Origin: Chloroflexota bacterium
GTDB lineage: Bacteria > Chloroflexota > UBA11872 > VXOZ01
Assembly (NCBI GenBank): GCA_963662335.2
Contig: CAXXVD010000001.1
Coordinates: forward strand, 288,001 to 352,000
Length of the DNA stretch: 64,000 nt
Reading direction: 5' to 3'
Positions within the stretch are counted from its first letter, which is position 1. Every line of letters starts with the position of its first letter. Below, piece by piece: positions 46,469 through 55,204 of this stretch. The notes under the pieces were generated by a model. That model worked only from the letters and a program-made list of their open reading frames with translations. It was not told where the DNA came from and ran no database searches. The translations under genes and the position numbers were made by a program.

Positions 46469-46753
46469 ATGCACTTGTTTCTAATCATCTTCGAGGAGGA
46501 AATTGCCTCCAAGGCCAAAGAGAAAGCAAACGCTCTCTTTGCGCCTGAAGACATATTCGAGGTTTCGCAGACTACCCTTCTCCTGCGCGCTCCGACGAGT
46601 GACCCCGGCTTGCTGAACCAGGCATTTGGCCTGTCGGACGATGCGAGCGAACCTAAGGTGGGTGTAATCTTCAAACTGAACGGCTCGTATTCCGGGTACC
46701 ACCACTCGGATCTCTGGGATTGGCTCAAGAAGGTCAGGGAAACAATTAGCTGA
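46469..46753 (+). CDS. Hypothetical protein (94 aa, lower GC)
   Basis: Clean ORF; C-terminal SGYH...LWDWL. Confidence 0.65.
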   Translation: MHLFLIIFEEEIASKAKEKANALFAPEDIFEVSQTTLLLRAPTSDPGLLNQAFGLSDDASEPKVGVIFKLNGSYSGYHHSDLWDWLKKVRETIS

Positions 46754-46979
46754 GACCAACGGCTCGCTTCGCTCCGAAAGATACCATATTGAACGTCTTG
46801 ATGACGTTCGCGATCGGGTATCCAAGATCGAGGGCAGGCTGGAAGAACTAACCAAGACTCTTGCAACCAAAGAAGACGTGGCCAACGCAAAGCTCGCCAT
46901 GTTCATTGCTTACATTGGCATCGGCATGTCGCTCCTCATAGGAATCGCCAGCATCGTAGTGAGAATCTGGCCTGGATGA
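46746..46979 (+). pseudogene. Coiled-coil + C-terminal TM small protein (DUF1640-like) with no canonical start codon before its coiled coil
   Basis: Open frame LAETNG...RVSKIEGRLEELTKTLATKEDV...hydrophobic tail; begins TTA after AGGGA. Confidence 0.5.
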
Positions 46980-47030
46980 GCTACGAAGGGACATCCGTCG
47001 GTACGCCGCAGTCGGTAAGTCACCTTCTTG

Positions 47031-47897
47031 CTACCACACGTCCCCAAAGCGCCGGCCGATCCACCGAAAGAGGAACAGTGCAACAAACGTAGCAAGCACG
47101 AGCAGCGTCGCCAGCACGATAGCGGTCTGGAGGTCGGATTCCAAGGCCGTCATGATCGCCAGCGGCATGGTCTGGGTGCGGCCGGTGAAGTTGCCCGCAA
47201 ACATAATGGTCGCGCCAAATTCGCCCAGCGCCCGCGCCCAACTCAGCACCGCGCCGCCCGCCAGCGCCGGCCACGCCAAGGGCACGGTCACGTAGCGCAA
47301 CGTTTGCCAGGTGGACGCGCCGAGGGTCACGGCAATTTCCTCAAGCTCCGGGTCGACGCGGGTGAAGCCAATCTTTGCCGAACGCACGTAGAACGGCGCG
47401 GCCACGAACACCTGCGCCAACACCACCGCCAGCGTCGTAAACGCAATCTCGATGCCCAGCGGCTGGAGCCACTGCCCAACCACCCCCAAGCGGCCAAAGA
47501 CGAGCAGCAGCGCCACGCCCACCACCACCGGCGGCAGCGCCAGCGGCACGTCGATAAGCGTGTCTACCAGCCGCTTGCCGGGGAACGCGCTCCGCGCCAG
47601 CAGGTAGGCCGCAGGCGTGCCGACCAGCACAATGATGAGGAGCGCCGCCGCGCTGGTCAGCGCGCTGAGACGCAGGGCGCTGAGCACAAGCGGCTGCGTG
47701 AGTTGCCGCAGCAGGTCGCCCGTCATGACCGCGCGCATGCACAAGGCGAGCAAGGGCAAGGCTACGAATAGCGCGAGAAGGAGCGTCGGTATCAGGAAGA
47801 GCGAGCGCAGGCCGGTCTCGCGCGCCGTAGGACGGGAGGAGATGGATTCCCGTTTTCGCGGGAGTGACGGCGGAGAGGGCTTCCGGCTCATGGTCAC
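47031..47897 (-). CDS. modB: Molybdate ABC transporter permease
   Basis: PLALPPVVVG, WARALGEFGAT, TQTMPLAI; GTGA overlap with modA. Confidence 0.93.
   Translation of the reverse strand: MTMSRKPSPPSLPRKRESISSRPTARETGLRSLFLIPTLLLALFVALPLLALCMRAVMTGDLLRQLTQPLVLSALRLSALTSAAALLIIVLVGTPAAYLLARSAFPGKRLVDTLIDVPLALPPVVVGVALLLVFGRLGVVGQWLQPLGIEIAFTTLAVVLAQVFVAAPFYVRSAKIGFTRVDPELEEIAVTLGASTWQTLRYVTVPLAWPALAGGAVLSWARALGEFGATIMFAGNFTGRTQTMPLAIMTALESDLQTAIVLATLLVLATFVALFLFRWIGRRFGDVW
47843..47868. repeat. REP-D arm within modB N-terminus (reads SLPRKRESI)
   Basis: TGGATTCCCGTTTTCGCGGGAGTGAC matches 61699-61724. Confidence 0.75.
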
Positions 47898-48742
47898 GCC
47901 ACCGCCTGCAGTCCGGCTTGCCGCAGGATGTCCTGCGCCGCCGGTGACTGCACGAAGCGGATGAAGCGCCGCGCCAGCGCCTCTTCCCGCGACGCCGCAA
48001 GGAGCGCAATCGGATACGCCGCCGTGACGTTGTACCGCGCGGGAATCTCCAGCGTCGCGACCGTGACGGTTGCCGTAGCAACGTCGCTCACGTAGACGAA
48101 TCCGGCGTCGGCTTCACCCAGCGCCACCTTTGCGAACACCTGGCGCACGTTGAGTTCCTCCGATCGCACGTTCCCTAGCACGGCTTCCCCAAAGGCGCTG
48201 CCGTATGCCGCCTCCCCGCTCAGTTTGGCGAGCGCCTGGCGCGTGTAGCGGCCCGCGGGCACGTGCTCCTGCGCCACCACAATGCGCACGCCGGGCCGGG
48301 CCAGATCCCGTAAGCCGCGCAGCCCGGCCGGATTTTCTGCGGGCAGCGCCACAATCAGGCTATTCTCCGCAAAGATCACCGGTTCCGCCGCCAGCAGATT
48401 TAACTCCCGCAAGCGGTCCGTGTGTACGGTGTCGGCAGCGGCAAAGACGTCGGCCACGGCGCCGTGCTCGATCTGCGTCCGCAGCGCCTGCGAACCGGCA
48501 AAGTTGAAGACCACCCGCGCGCCGGCGTGGCGCGCCTCGAACTCCGCGCCGATGGCCGTGAACGCCGCCGTGAGCGACGACGCCGCATAGACCACCAGTG
48601 TGGGCGACTGCTGCGCCCCGCACCCGGCAGCCAGGATCGGAAGGCAGAGCAGCAAACAGAGCGCGAGGCACACGTGCCGGTATGAGGCAAATGAGAGCGC
48701 AAAGCCGCGCCGGCTCCCGCGCGCGAATTGTCGGTCTTGCAA
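47894..48742 (-). CDS. modA: Molybdate ABC transporter binding lipoprotein
   Basis: YAASSL, FNFAGS, ADVFAAA, VPAGRY, GEADAGFVY.SD; TTG start 6 nt after AGGAG; LAAGC lipobox. Confidence 0.92.
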   Translation of the reverse strand: MQDRQFARGSRRGFALSFASYRHVCLALCLLLCLPILAAGCGAQQSPTLVVYAASSLTAAFTAIGAEFEARHAGARVVFNFAGSQALRTQIEHGAVADVFAAADTVHTDRLRELNLLAAEPVIFAENSLIVALPAENPAGLRGLRDLARPGVRIVVAQEHVPAGRYTRQALAKLSGEAAYGSAFGEAVLGNVRSEELNVRQVFAKVALGEADAGFVYVSDVATATVTVATLEIPARYNVTAAYPIALLAASREEALARRFIRFVQSPAAQDILRQAGLQAVA

Positions 48743-48756
48743 AGGGCACTCCTGAG

Positions 48757-49055
48757 GAGACTCTTGCGCACATCCGTCATTCCGGCGAAAGCCGGAATCC
48801 AGTGGCGTTTTGGCAGCTATAGTTTCCATGAGGTCAATCGCTTGAACCGCCATCCCAACCTTTCCCCTCAAAGGCTGACAGGGGTAGGCAAATGTCATTC
48901 CGAGCGCAGCGAGGAATCTAAGGATGTTGACTTTAAAGTGCTGTGCTTTAGATTCCTCTCTCCGCTGTGCTCCGCTCGGAATGACACGTGAAATCGTCTA
49001 AAGAATACATATCCCTGTCAGCCCCTCAAGGGGAAGGGGTTTAGGCAAAGGTCTC
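48757..49055. mobile_element. MITE-3 (outer element) with GAGAC-type TIRs, containing REP-D, family E hairpin and nested MITE-1
   Basis: GAGACTCTTGC ... GCAAAGGTCTC flanked by CTGAG on both sides. Confidence 0.68.
48873..49023 (-). mobile_element. MITE-1 second copy, 151 bp
   Basis: GGCTGACAGGG...CCCTGTCAGCC; flanks CCTCAAA/CCTCAAG; gap-free alignment to reverse complement of 35850-36000. Confidence 0.85.
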
Positions 49056-49106
49056 CTGAGGGACTGCGCTGCCCGCTGCGCGCCGCTCGTTTGGGCGCTG
49101 CCTAGT

Positions 49107-49114
49107 AGTATAAT
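49107..49114. promoter_or_regulatory. Overlapping -10 hexamers for divergent plsX and modA
   Basis: AGTATAAT gives TATAAT (+) and TATACT (-). Confidence 0.45.
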
Positions 49115-49160
49115 GGCGCAAACGGTTCTGGGGTAACGCTACCGCTGAGGAGACGGCTGC

Positions 49161-50177
49161 ATGGCGCTTGTTGTCGACGCGATGGGCGGCGATCACGCCC
49201 CGCAGGCGATCGTCGCCGGCGCGGTGGCGGCGGCGCGCGCCACCAAGGCGGAAATCATTCTGGTCGGCCGCCAGGACGCGCTGGCAGCGGAACTGGAGAA
49301 GCACGACGCGGCGGGGCTGCCCTTCTCCATTCACCACGCGCCGGACGTCATCGAGATGCGCGACCACGCCACCGCCGTGCGCCAGCGGCCCGGCTCATCG
49401 ATCCGCGCGGCCTGCGACCTGGTGAAGGCGGGGCAAGGCAAGGCGCTGGTTAGCGCCGGCCACACCGGCGCGACCATGGCGGCGGCGCTCATGGCCTTTG
49501 GGCGCATCAACGGCATCAGCCGTCCGGCCCTCATCGCCCTGGTTCCCAGCCGGCCCGCGCATCCCACGCTCTTGATCGACATGGGCGCCAACGCCGACTG
49601 CAAGCCGCGGCAACTCCAGCAGTTCGGCCTCATGGGCAGCATCTACTGCGAGCAGGTGTACGGCGTATCCAAGCCCCGGGTGGGACTGCTCTCCATCGGC
49701 GAGGAGCCCAGCAAGGGCAACGAACTCTCCCTGGCGGCCTACGCGCTCCTGGAAGACGCGCCCCTGAACTTCGTCGGCAACGTGGAAGGCCGCCACATCC
49801 TGGACGGCTCGGTGGACGTGGTGGCGTGCGACGGGTTCACCGGCAACGTTGCGCTCAAGTCAATCGAGGGCACCGCCGAGGCGATCAGCGGACTGCTGCG
49901 CTCCGCCCTGCGCTCCAACCCGCTCACGATGTTGGGCGCGCTGCTGGCAAAACCGGCCTTCGACCGCGTCCGCGCGCGCATGAACTACGAGGAGTACGGC
50001 GGCGCGCCCCTGGTGGGCCTCAACAACGCCGTCATCATCGCCCACGGCCGCTCCAACGCCAAAGCCATCGCCAGCACCCTGCGCCTGGCTCACCAGAGCG
50101 TGGAGAAAGACGTTACCGGCAACATCAACCGGCGCGTTGCGGCGCTCCTAAGCAAAAGCGAGACCTCACCCACGTAG
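49161..50177 (+). CDS. plsX: Phosphate acyltransferase PlsX
   Basis: VDAMGGDHAP, SAGHTGA, DMGANAD, GEEPSKG, CDGFTGNVALK, HGRS. Confidence 0.97.
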   Translation: MALVVDAMGGDHAPQAIVAGAVAAARATKAEIILVGRQDALAAELEKHDAAGLPFSIHHAPDVIEMRDHATAVRQRPGSSIRAACDLVKAGQGKALVSAGHTGATMAAALMAFGRINGISRPALIALVPSRPAHPTLLIDMGANADCKPRQLQQFGLMGSIYCEQVYGVSKPRVGLLSIGEEPSKGNELSLAAYALLEDAPLNFVGNVEGRHILDGSVDVVACDGFTGNVALKSIEGTAEAISGLLRSALRSNPLTMLGALLAKPAFDRVRARMNYEEYGGAPLVGLNNAVIIAHGRSNAKAIASTLRLAHQSVEKDVTGNINRRVAALLSKSETSPT

Positions 50178-50269
50178 GCCGACGCGACTCCGCGCTCTCT
50201 CCCGGTCTCCGTTCACGCTTCGACACGCTCAGCGCGAACGGAGACGGTTGAGTACTTTCCCACGCCGCC

Positions 50270-52042
50270 TTACACCCACGGAAAGCTGAGCGTCGGCTGG
50301 TTGGCGTAGCGCTGCATGGTCAGCGTAAGGCGCTCGCCGGCGCCGGGCGCAAGGCGCACGACCAGGTGCGGGCCGTTGACTTCCGTGGTGATGCCCCCGG
50401 CGGTGGCGCTGATGAACTGGTGCTCGGCGTACGCGCCGCCCTGCACGATGAGCGTGCGCTCTTCCACCGGATTCAGGTTTACGAGTTGCACGCCGACCTC
50501 GGCAGCGGTCAGGTGGTCCACGAGCGCCGCTACGTCTTCGGGCAATCCGGCGCGGCGGCGCGCGGGATCGAAGTAGCGCAGGCGGCAATAGAGCGGCCCG
50601 CCCTCGCGCCCCGTGGGGTAGCCGCCGAGCGTCAACCGGATGAGCGCGTCGGTAGTGGCGGGATTGATGTGGTTCATGTCGTCGGAGAGCCGCGTGTCCG
50701 GCGTGGTGGTATCCTGCCGCATCTTCTCGATGCGTTCCCGCACCACGGCATAGTCACGCTCCAGCGCCGCCACCGGATAGCCGGGGTTCCGGCCGGCCAG
50801 GAAGTCGTACCACGAGTCGTGGGGAGCGCGCGCCAGGTCCTGCGGGTCCATCGACAAATAGTACATCTCGTGCGCGCCGGCCGCGAACGGCTCCGGCCGG
50901 TAGTCGTACCAGCCTTCTTCGCCGTAGGTATCGCCGTACATGTGGGGATAGGCGGGCGCGCCGTCGCTCTCCTTGGCGTTGGCGTTCACGGCGTCGAGCA
51001 TCTCGCGCCAGACTGCGAGATAGCGCTGGTCGCCGCTGAGCAGCAGGGCGTTGCCAAAGCCGTAGACTGCGCGCTGCTGCCATGCCGGCCGGTGCGCCAG
51101 CTTGCCGGTGTTGTGGTCGATGACGGAGAAACCCCAGCCGTAGACGCCGCCGTACCACTTGCCGTCGCACGCGCCGCCAAGCGTGCCGTCCAGCCCGACA
51201 TTGGTGGGGATGATGCCGTTGTTCGCCTTGGCATGGGCCACCCAGCCGTCCACGTAGCGCAGAATCCAATCGCGGTACTTGGCCTCGCCGGTCAGAGCAT
51301 AAGCGGTGAGGGCGACGGTGGTGGTGCTGAGATTCAGGGGATGGTCGCCGGCCACGTCGTTGTAGTCCCGAAAGTGGTCGAGCATCTGGGCAAAGCTGTT
51401 CTCGCCGTGCTTGGCGTCGAACCGTCCCGCCACCTCAATGGGATCGCCGGCCCAGTCGAGCGCGGTCGCCTTGCGCAGCAGCGGCCCCCGGCTGCCGTTG
51501 AACATGCTGCGAATGACGTTGTGCTCCGGGTCGTAGTTCGGCGCTTGGGGGTCTTCGTCCATGTAGAAACCGGCGTAGCGGCGGATGCGCTGCTCGTAGA
51601 CGCGGCTTGCCGGATCGCTGAGCGGCTCCAGGATGAAAGGCGAAATCCACTCGCCGTGGTGCATCCAATCGAACATCACCGAAAATTCTTTGTAGTACAT
51701 GCCCTCGCGCGCCATGGGCACGTACTCGCTCTTCGCCTCGCTATACTGGCGCAGATGGCCCTCCCAGCCGCGCTTGTACATAGCCAAGACGCTGTCCGAC
51801 GCGCCAAGCGCGTGGAGCATGGGCCAGTTGAGCAGGTTTTCGCCGGCGTCGTCGGGCCCGTCGTTGCCGCCCCAGCGCGGAATGCAGAGCAAGTAGCCGC
51901 GCTCGTCGAAATACTTGGCGTAGAACGCCGCGCACGCCGCCTCCTGCGCCCGCAACAACTCGCGCTCCAGCAACGCCCAATGCGGCGGGGCCAACGGTGT
52001 CTTCAGGTATACTAGAGCCGAGCGGCCGTCAACTGCGCTCAT
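50270..52042 (-). CDS. Large hypothetical protein (590 aa), possibly alpha/alpha-barrel enzyme
   Basis: Long ORF with GGAGG RBS and strong codon bias; WGGNDGPDD, DWMHHGE; family not recognised. Confidence 0.75.
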   Translation of the reverse strand: MSAVDGRSALVYLKTPLAPPHWALLERELLRAQEAACAAFYAKYFDERGYLLCIPRWGGNDGPDDAGENLLNWPMLHALGASDSVLAMYKRGWEGHLRQYSEAKSEYVPMAREGMYYKEFSVMFDWMHHGEWISPFILEPLSDPASRVYEQRIRRYAGFYMDEDPQAPNYDPEHNVIRSMFNGSRGPLLRKATALDWAGDPIEVAGRFDAKHGENSFAQMLDHFRDYNDVAGDHPLNLSTTTVALTAYALTGEAKYRDWILRYVDGWVAHAKANNGIIPTNVGLDGTLGGACDGKWYGGVYGWGFSVIDHNTGKLAHRPAWQQRAVYGFGNALLLSGDQRYLAVWREMLDAVNANAKESDGAPAYPHMYGDTYGEEGWYDYRPEPFAAGAHEMYYLSMDPQDLARAPHDSWYDFLAGRNPGYPVAALERDYAVVRERIEKMRQDTTTPDTRLSDDMNHINPATTDALIRLTLGGYPTGREGGPLYCRLRYFDPARRRAGLPEDVAALVDHLTAAEVGVQLVNLNPVEERTLIVQGGAYAEHQFISATAGGITTEVNGPHLVVRLAPGAGERLTLTMQRYANQPTLSFPWV

Positions 52043-52214
52043 GGTTTCCTCCGTATCTAAGGCCTAAATGCCATAGGACATTTGCAGAATTCTTGGGCTA
52101 CTAGGCAAGAGTGTCGCACTATTCTTCTCATTTGGCAATGATGCGGTCTTGCGCGCTTGTCGCGTTCGTATTGCTGCCGCTAGCAGTGCATAAACCATAG
52201 GGAGTGGAAATCAA

Positions 52215-52949
52215 TTGATTCGCGGAATTGTCTTCGACCTGGACGGCACGCTCCTGGACCACGATGGCTCCGAGTATACGGCGCTTGCCAAGCTCTACCC
52301 CACGCTCAGCGACGGCGAGGGTGATTCACAGCGGTGGCTTGCCTTTCCGGACTTTGCCGCCGCGTGGCATGAGGCCGCGGAGCGCGGCTGGCAACGCTAC
52401 GTGGAGGGTGAATTGTCTTTTGAAGAGCAGCGGACGTGGCGGGTGCGGCAGGTGATGGCGCTGCGGGATGAAACCGGCGCCGAGCGTCAGCCGCCCACCG
52501 AGCAAGAGGTGTGCGGCATTTTCGATCGCTACCTCACGTTGTATGAGGAAAGCTGGACGCTCTATCCCGACGCGCTGCCCTGCCTTCAGGCGCTCTCGGC
52601 ATATCCGCTGGGCATGATTACAAACGGCGACGGCGACCAGCAACGGCGGAAACTCGCGCATACGGGGATTGCGGGTCTCTTCACGTCCGTCGTGGTTTCC
52701 GGTGACGTCGGCGCGGCCAAGCCGCAGCGGGAGATCTTCGACCGCAGCGCCGCGGAAATGAACCTGCCACCACGCGAGTTGCTCTTCATCGGCGACAATC
52801 CGCAGGCCGACATGCGCGGCGCGTTGCAAGCCGGTTGGCACGCCATCTGGCTGAACCGCGCGGGCGCTGCGCAGGAGGTTGCGGCCACTACCGTCACGAG
52901 CCTCGCGGAAGCGCCGCCGCTCGTAGCGGGCGGCGACGTTGGACGGTGA
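52215..52949 (+). CDS. HAD-superfamily hydrolase
   Basis: FDLDGTL, ITNG, AKP, IGDN...D. Confidence 0.9.
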   Translation: MIRGIVFDLDGTLLDHDGSEYTALAKLYPTLSDGEGDSQRWLAFPDFAAAWHEAAERGWQRYVEGELSFEEQRTWRVRQVMALRDETGAERQPPTEQEVCGIFDRYLTLYEESWTLYPDALPCLQALSAYPLGMITNGDGDQQRRKLAHTGIAGLFTSVVVSGDVGAAKPQREIFDRSAAEMNLPPRELLFIGDNPQADMRGALQAGWHAIWLNRAGAAQEVAATTVTSLAEAPPLVAGGDVGR

Positions 52950-52993
52950 TAGTCTTCCGGCCCTCAGCCACGCCGCGCGTCCACGTTGCCAAT

Positions 52994-53095
52994 GTCATTC
53001 CGAACGGAGCGCAGCGCAGTGAGGAATCTAGTGTAAGGCGCGGACTGGACCAGGTGCGGGATGAATCCCAGATTCCTCGCTGCGCTCGGAATGAC
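52994..53095. repeat. REP-C doublet
   Basis: Long-type left arm, short-type right arm. Confidence 0.9.
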
Positions 53096-53142
53096 ATCTA
53101 GGACAGAGTCCGTCGCCCCACCTCCATGGAAGAGGCACGTCA

Positions 53143-54138
53143 ATGATCCGCTGCTACATCGGCCATAGCAAAGGCTCCGTCGAGGCTGAAATCGCGCAAC
53201 TGGCGGCGGCGGGAGAGGCGATCGACGATCTCAACCGCGTCGTGCTGGACGGCGATGAAGTCGAACTGGAAACTCTGCAAGCGCATTGCGACACCTTGCC
53301 GTTCCTGGGCGGCGGCAAGCTCGTCATCGTGCGCGGCCTCTTGAACCGCTGCCTCAAGGAGAAGCCGTTGCGCGAGGGGCTGCTGGCGTACCTGCCGGGT
53401 CTGCCGGCGCACTGCACGCTGGTGTTGCAGGATAACGCCCTGCCCCGCGGGCGCGAAACTACGGCGCTCACCAAAGCGCTGCGCGGGCTGCCGGGCGCAA
53501 CGGTGGACGTGGCCGACCAACGCCGCGGCCGGCCGCAAGTGACGTGGGTCGTCGAAAACGCGCCCCGCTTCGGCTGCGGCATCAGCCACCGCGCGGCGGA
53601 ACACCTGGCGGCGGTGCTGCCCGACCGGGATACCATCGAGCAAGAACTGATCAAGTTGGCGAATTACCGCAACCGCACCGGAACCATCAGTGAGGAGGAC
53701 GTGCATCTGCTGGTGCCGCAGTCGCGGGAAGCGCACATCTTCGCCTTTGCCGACGCCGTCTCCGACGGCCGCCGCCAGCAGGCGCTGACGCTGCTGCACG
53801 ACCTGCCCAACCAGGAGCCCGGCTACGTGCTGGCCATGATTGCCCGCCAGTTCCGCCTGGTGCTGAAGGCGAAACACGCTTTGCGCAGCCAGCAGTCTCC
53901 CCAGGAAATAGCCCGCGCGGTTGGCCTCACCCGGGCGCCGACCCACGCCGTCAACCGCGTCATCTCCCAGGCGCGCCGCTTCAGCGTCGACCAACTGGCG
54001 GCCATCCACGCCCACGTCGCCCGCACCGACTTCGCCATCAAACGCAGCCGCATGGACCCGGCCACGGCGCTGGACCTGCTGGTAATCGGGTTGTGCTCCA
54101 TTGCCAGCAGCCCGCGCGGCGGGCCGCGCCGGCGATAG
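53143..54138 (+). CDS. holA: DNA polymerase III delta subunit
   Basis: TLPFLGG.KLVIV, QELIKLA.Y, IFAFADAV, D.AIK; convergent with rpsT as is common. Confidence 0.85.
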   Translation: MIRCYIGHSKGSVEAEIAQLAAAGEAIDDLNRVVLDGDEVELETLQAHCDTLPFLGGGKLVIVRGLLNRCLKEKPLREGLLAYLPGLPAHCTLVLQDNALPRGRETTALTKALRGLPGATVDVADQRRGRPQVTWVVENAPRFGCGISHRAAEHLAAVLPDRDTIEQELIKLANYRNRTGTISEEDVHLLVPQSREAHIFAFADAVSDGRRQQALTLLHDLPNQEPGYVLAMIARQFRLVLKAKHALRSQQSPQEIARAVGLTRAPTHAVNRVISQARRFSVDQLAAIHAHVARTDFAIKRSRMDPATALDLLVIGLCSIASSPRGGPRRR

Positions 54139-54210
54139 CCTGTGCGCCGGACCGCGCCTGGCGCGACGGCGTGAACGCGGCGCCTGGCAAACCGGACGGC
54201 GTAGACACAA

Positions 54211-54251
54211 CAAACCTCGCGCTTCCCGCAAGGCGGAAGGCGCGAGGTTTG
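54211..54251. terminator. Hairpin between convergent holA and rpsT
   Basis: CAAACCTCGCG...CGCGAGGTTTG. Confidence 0.7.
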
Positions 54252-54287
54252 AATCCCGCTGACTATTGCGAACTGCGCCCAACCCGG

Positions 54288-54563
54288 CTAGCCGGCCGCG
54301 CTAAACGCCTGGTTGTACCGGCGCGCCAGTTGCGACTTGTGCCTGGCGGCGTTGTTGGTGTGGATGATGCCCTTGCGCGCGGCGCGGTCGTAGCGGGCGC
54401 ACGCCAGCGCCACCGCTTCCTGCGCGGTTTCCTGGTCGCCGTCCGTGATGGCGTCCGTTGCTTTGCGGCTAAAGGTCTTCAGGCTGCTGCGCACGGAACG
54501 GTTGCGCAAACGCCGCCGCTCCTGGCGGCGGACGCGCTTCAAATCGGCTCGTTTCTTGGGCAA
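54288..54563 (-). CDS. rpsT: 30S ribosomal protein S20
   Basis: KRVRRQERRRLRNRSVRS, KGIIHTNNAARHKS; TTG start with GAGGAG. Confidence 0.95.
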   Translation of the reverse strand: MPKKRADLKRVRRQERRRLRNRSVRSSLKTFSRKATDAITDGDQETAQEAVALACARYDRAARKGIIHTNNAARHKSQLARRYNQAFSAAG

Positions 54564-54722
54564 TGTCTTGTGTCTCCTCGGCTCTCTACACCACGTCGTG
54601 ACGACATAGTACGCATATTTTGCCCATTATACCAACTTCTGAAGCGCCGCGCCCACATCCGCGCCAGCGCCAGTCGCCAGCGTATCCAGGCCGCCAACCC
54701 TATGCCGCCGCCAACTGCCGCC

Positions 54723-55025
54723 TTAGCTCTCGGCCTCGTCCGCGCTCTCTTGCCGGTAGAGTTGCGTTGCCGTGTCGCGGCAGGTGGCCGTGCGCAACAC
54801 CGCGTCGCGGGAAACGTTGGTCAAGCTGGCCCAGCGTCCCCAATTTGGCTGGCCCTTGGCCGCGTTGCCCTGCTCCCGCGCCAGTTTGTGCAGCACGGCG
54901 GTCGCGCGGTTGGCGACATTTGAGAGCATCATCGCCGCCGCGGCCGGCGGCAGGTCCGCGGCAAGACCCTTGAGCAGCGCGTCTACTTCCCTTGGCACGG
55001 CGCGCGGCTTTACCTCTATGTCCAT
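54723..55025 (-). CDS. Hypothetical protein (100 aa, helical)
   Basis: ATG with AAGGA RBS; plausible composition. Confidence 0.65.
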   Translation of the reverse strand: MDIEVKPRAVPREVDALLKGLAADLPPAAAAMMLSNVANRATAVLHKLAREQGNAAKGQPNWGRWASLTNVSRDAVLRTATCRDTATQLYRQESADEAES

Positions 55026-55066
55026 CGTCCTTTACTCCTCGACTACGATTGGCCGGCAACCCGTTC

Positions 55067-55092
55067 AGATTCCTCGCTGCGCTCGGAATGAC
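55067..55092. repeat. Solo REP-C arm
   Basis: AGATTCCTCGCTGCGCTCGGAATGAC exact match to other copies. Confidence 0.9.
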
Positions 55093-55204
55093 ACCGGAGA
55101 ATTCTTCTCTACGAAAAGTGCATCGCGGTACATGAACCAGTATAGTACGTGCAGGGCGCGCGCACACCGCGAACGACGCGGCGAGAGAAAGGCCACCGCC
55201 AGCC

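Noticed and set aside
48743-48898. N-terminal extension of ModA in the ORF track
   Set aside because: Runs through inserted repeat elements; better TTG start with RBS at 48742
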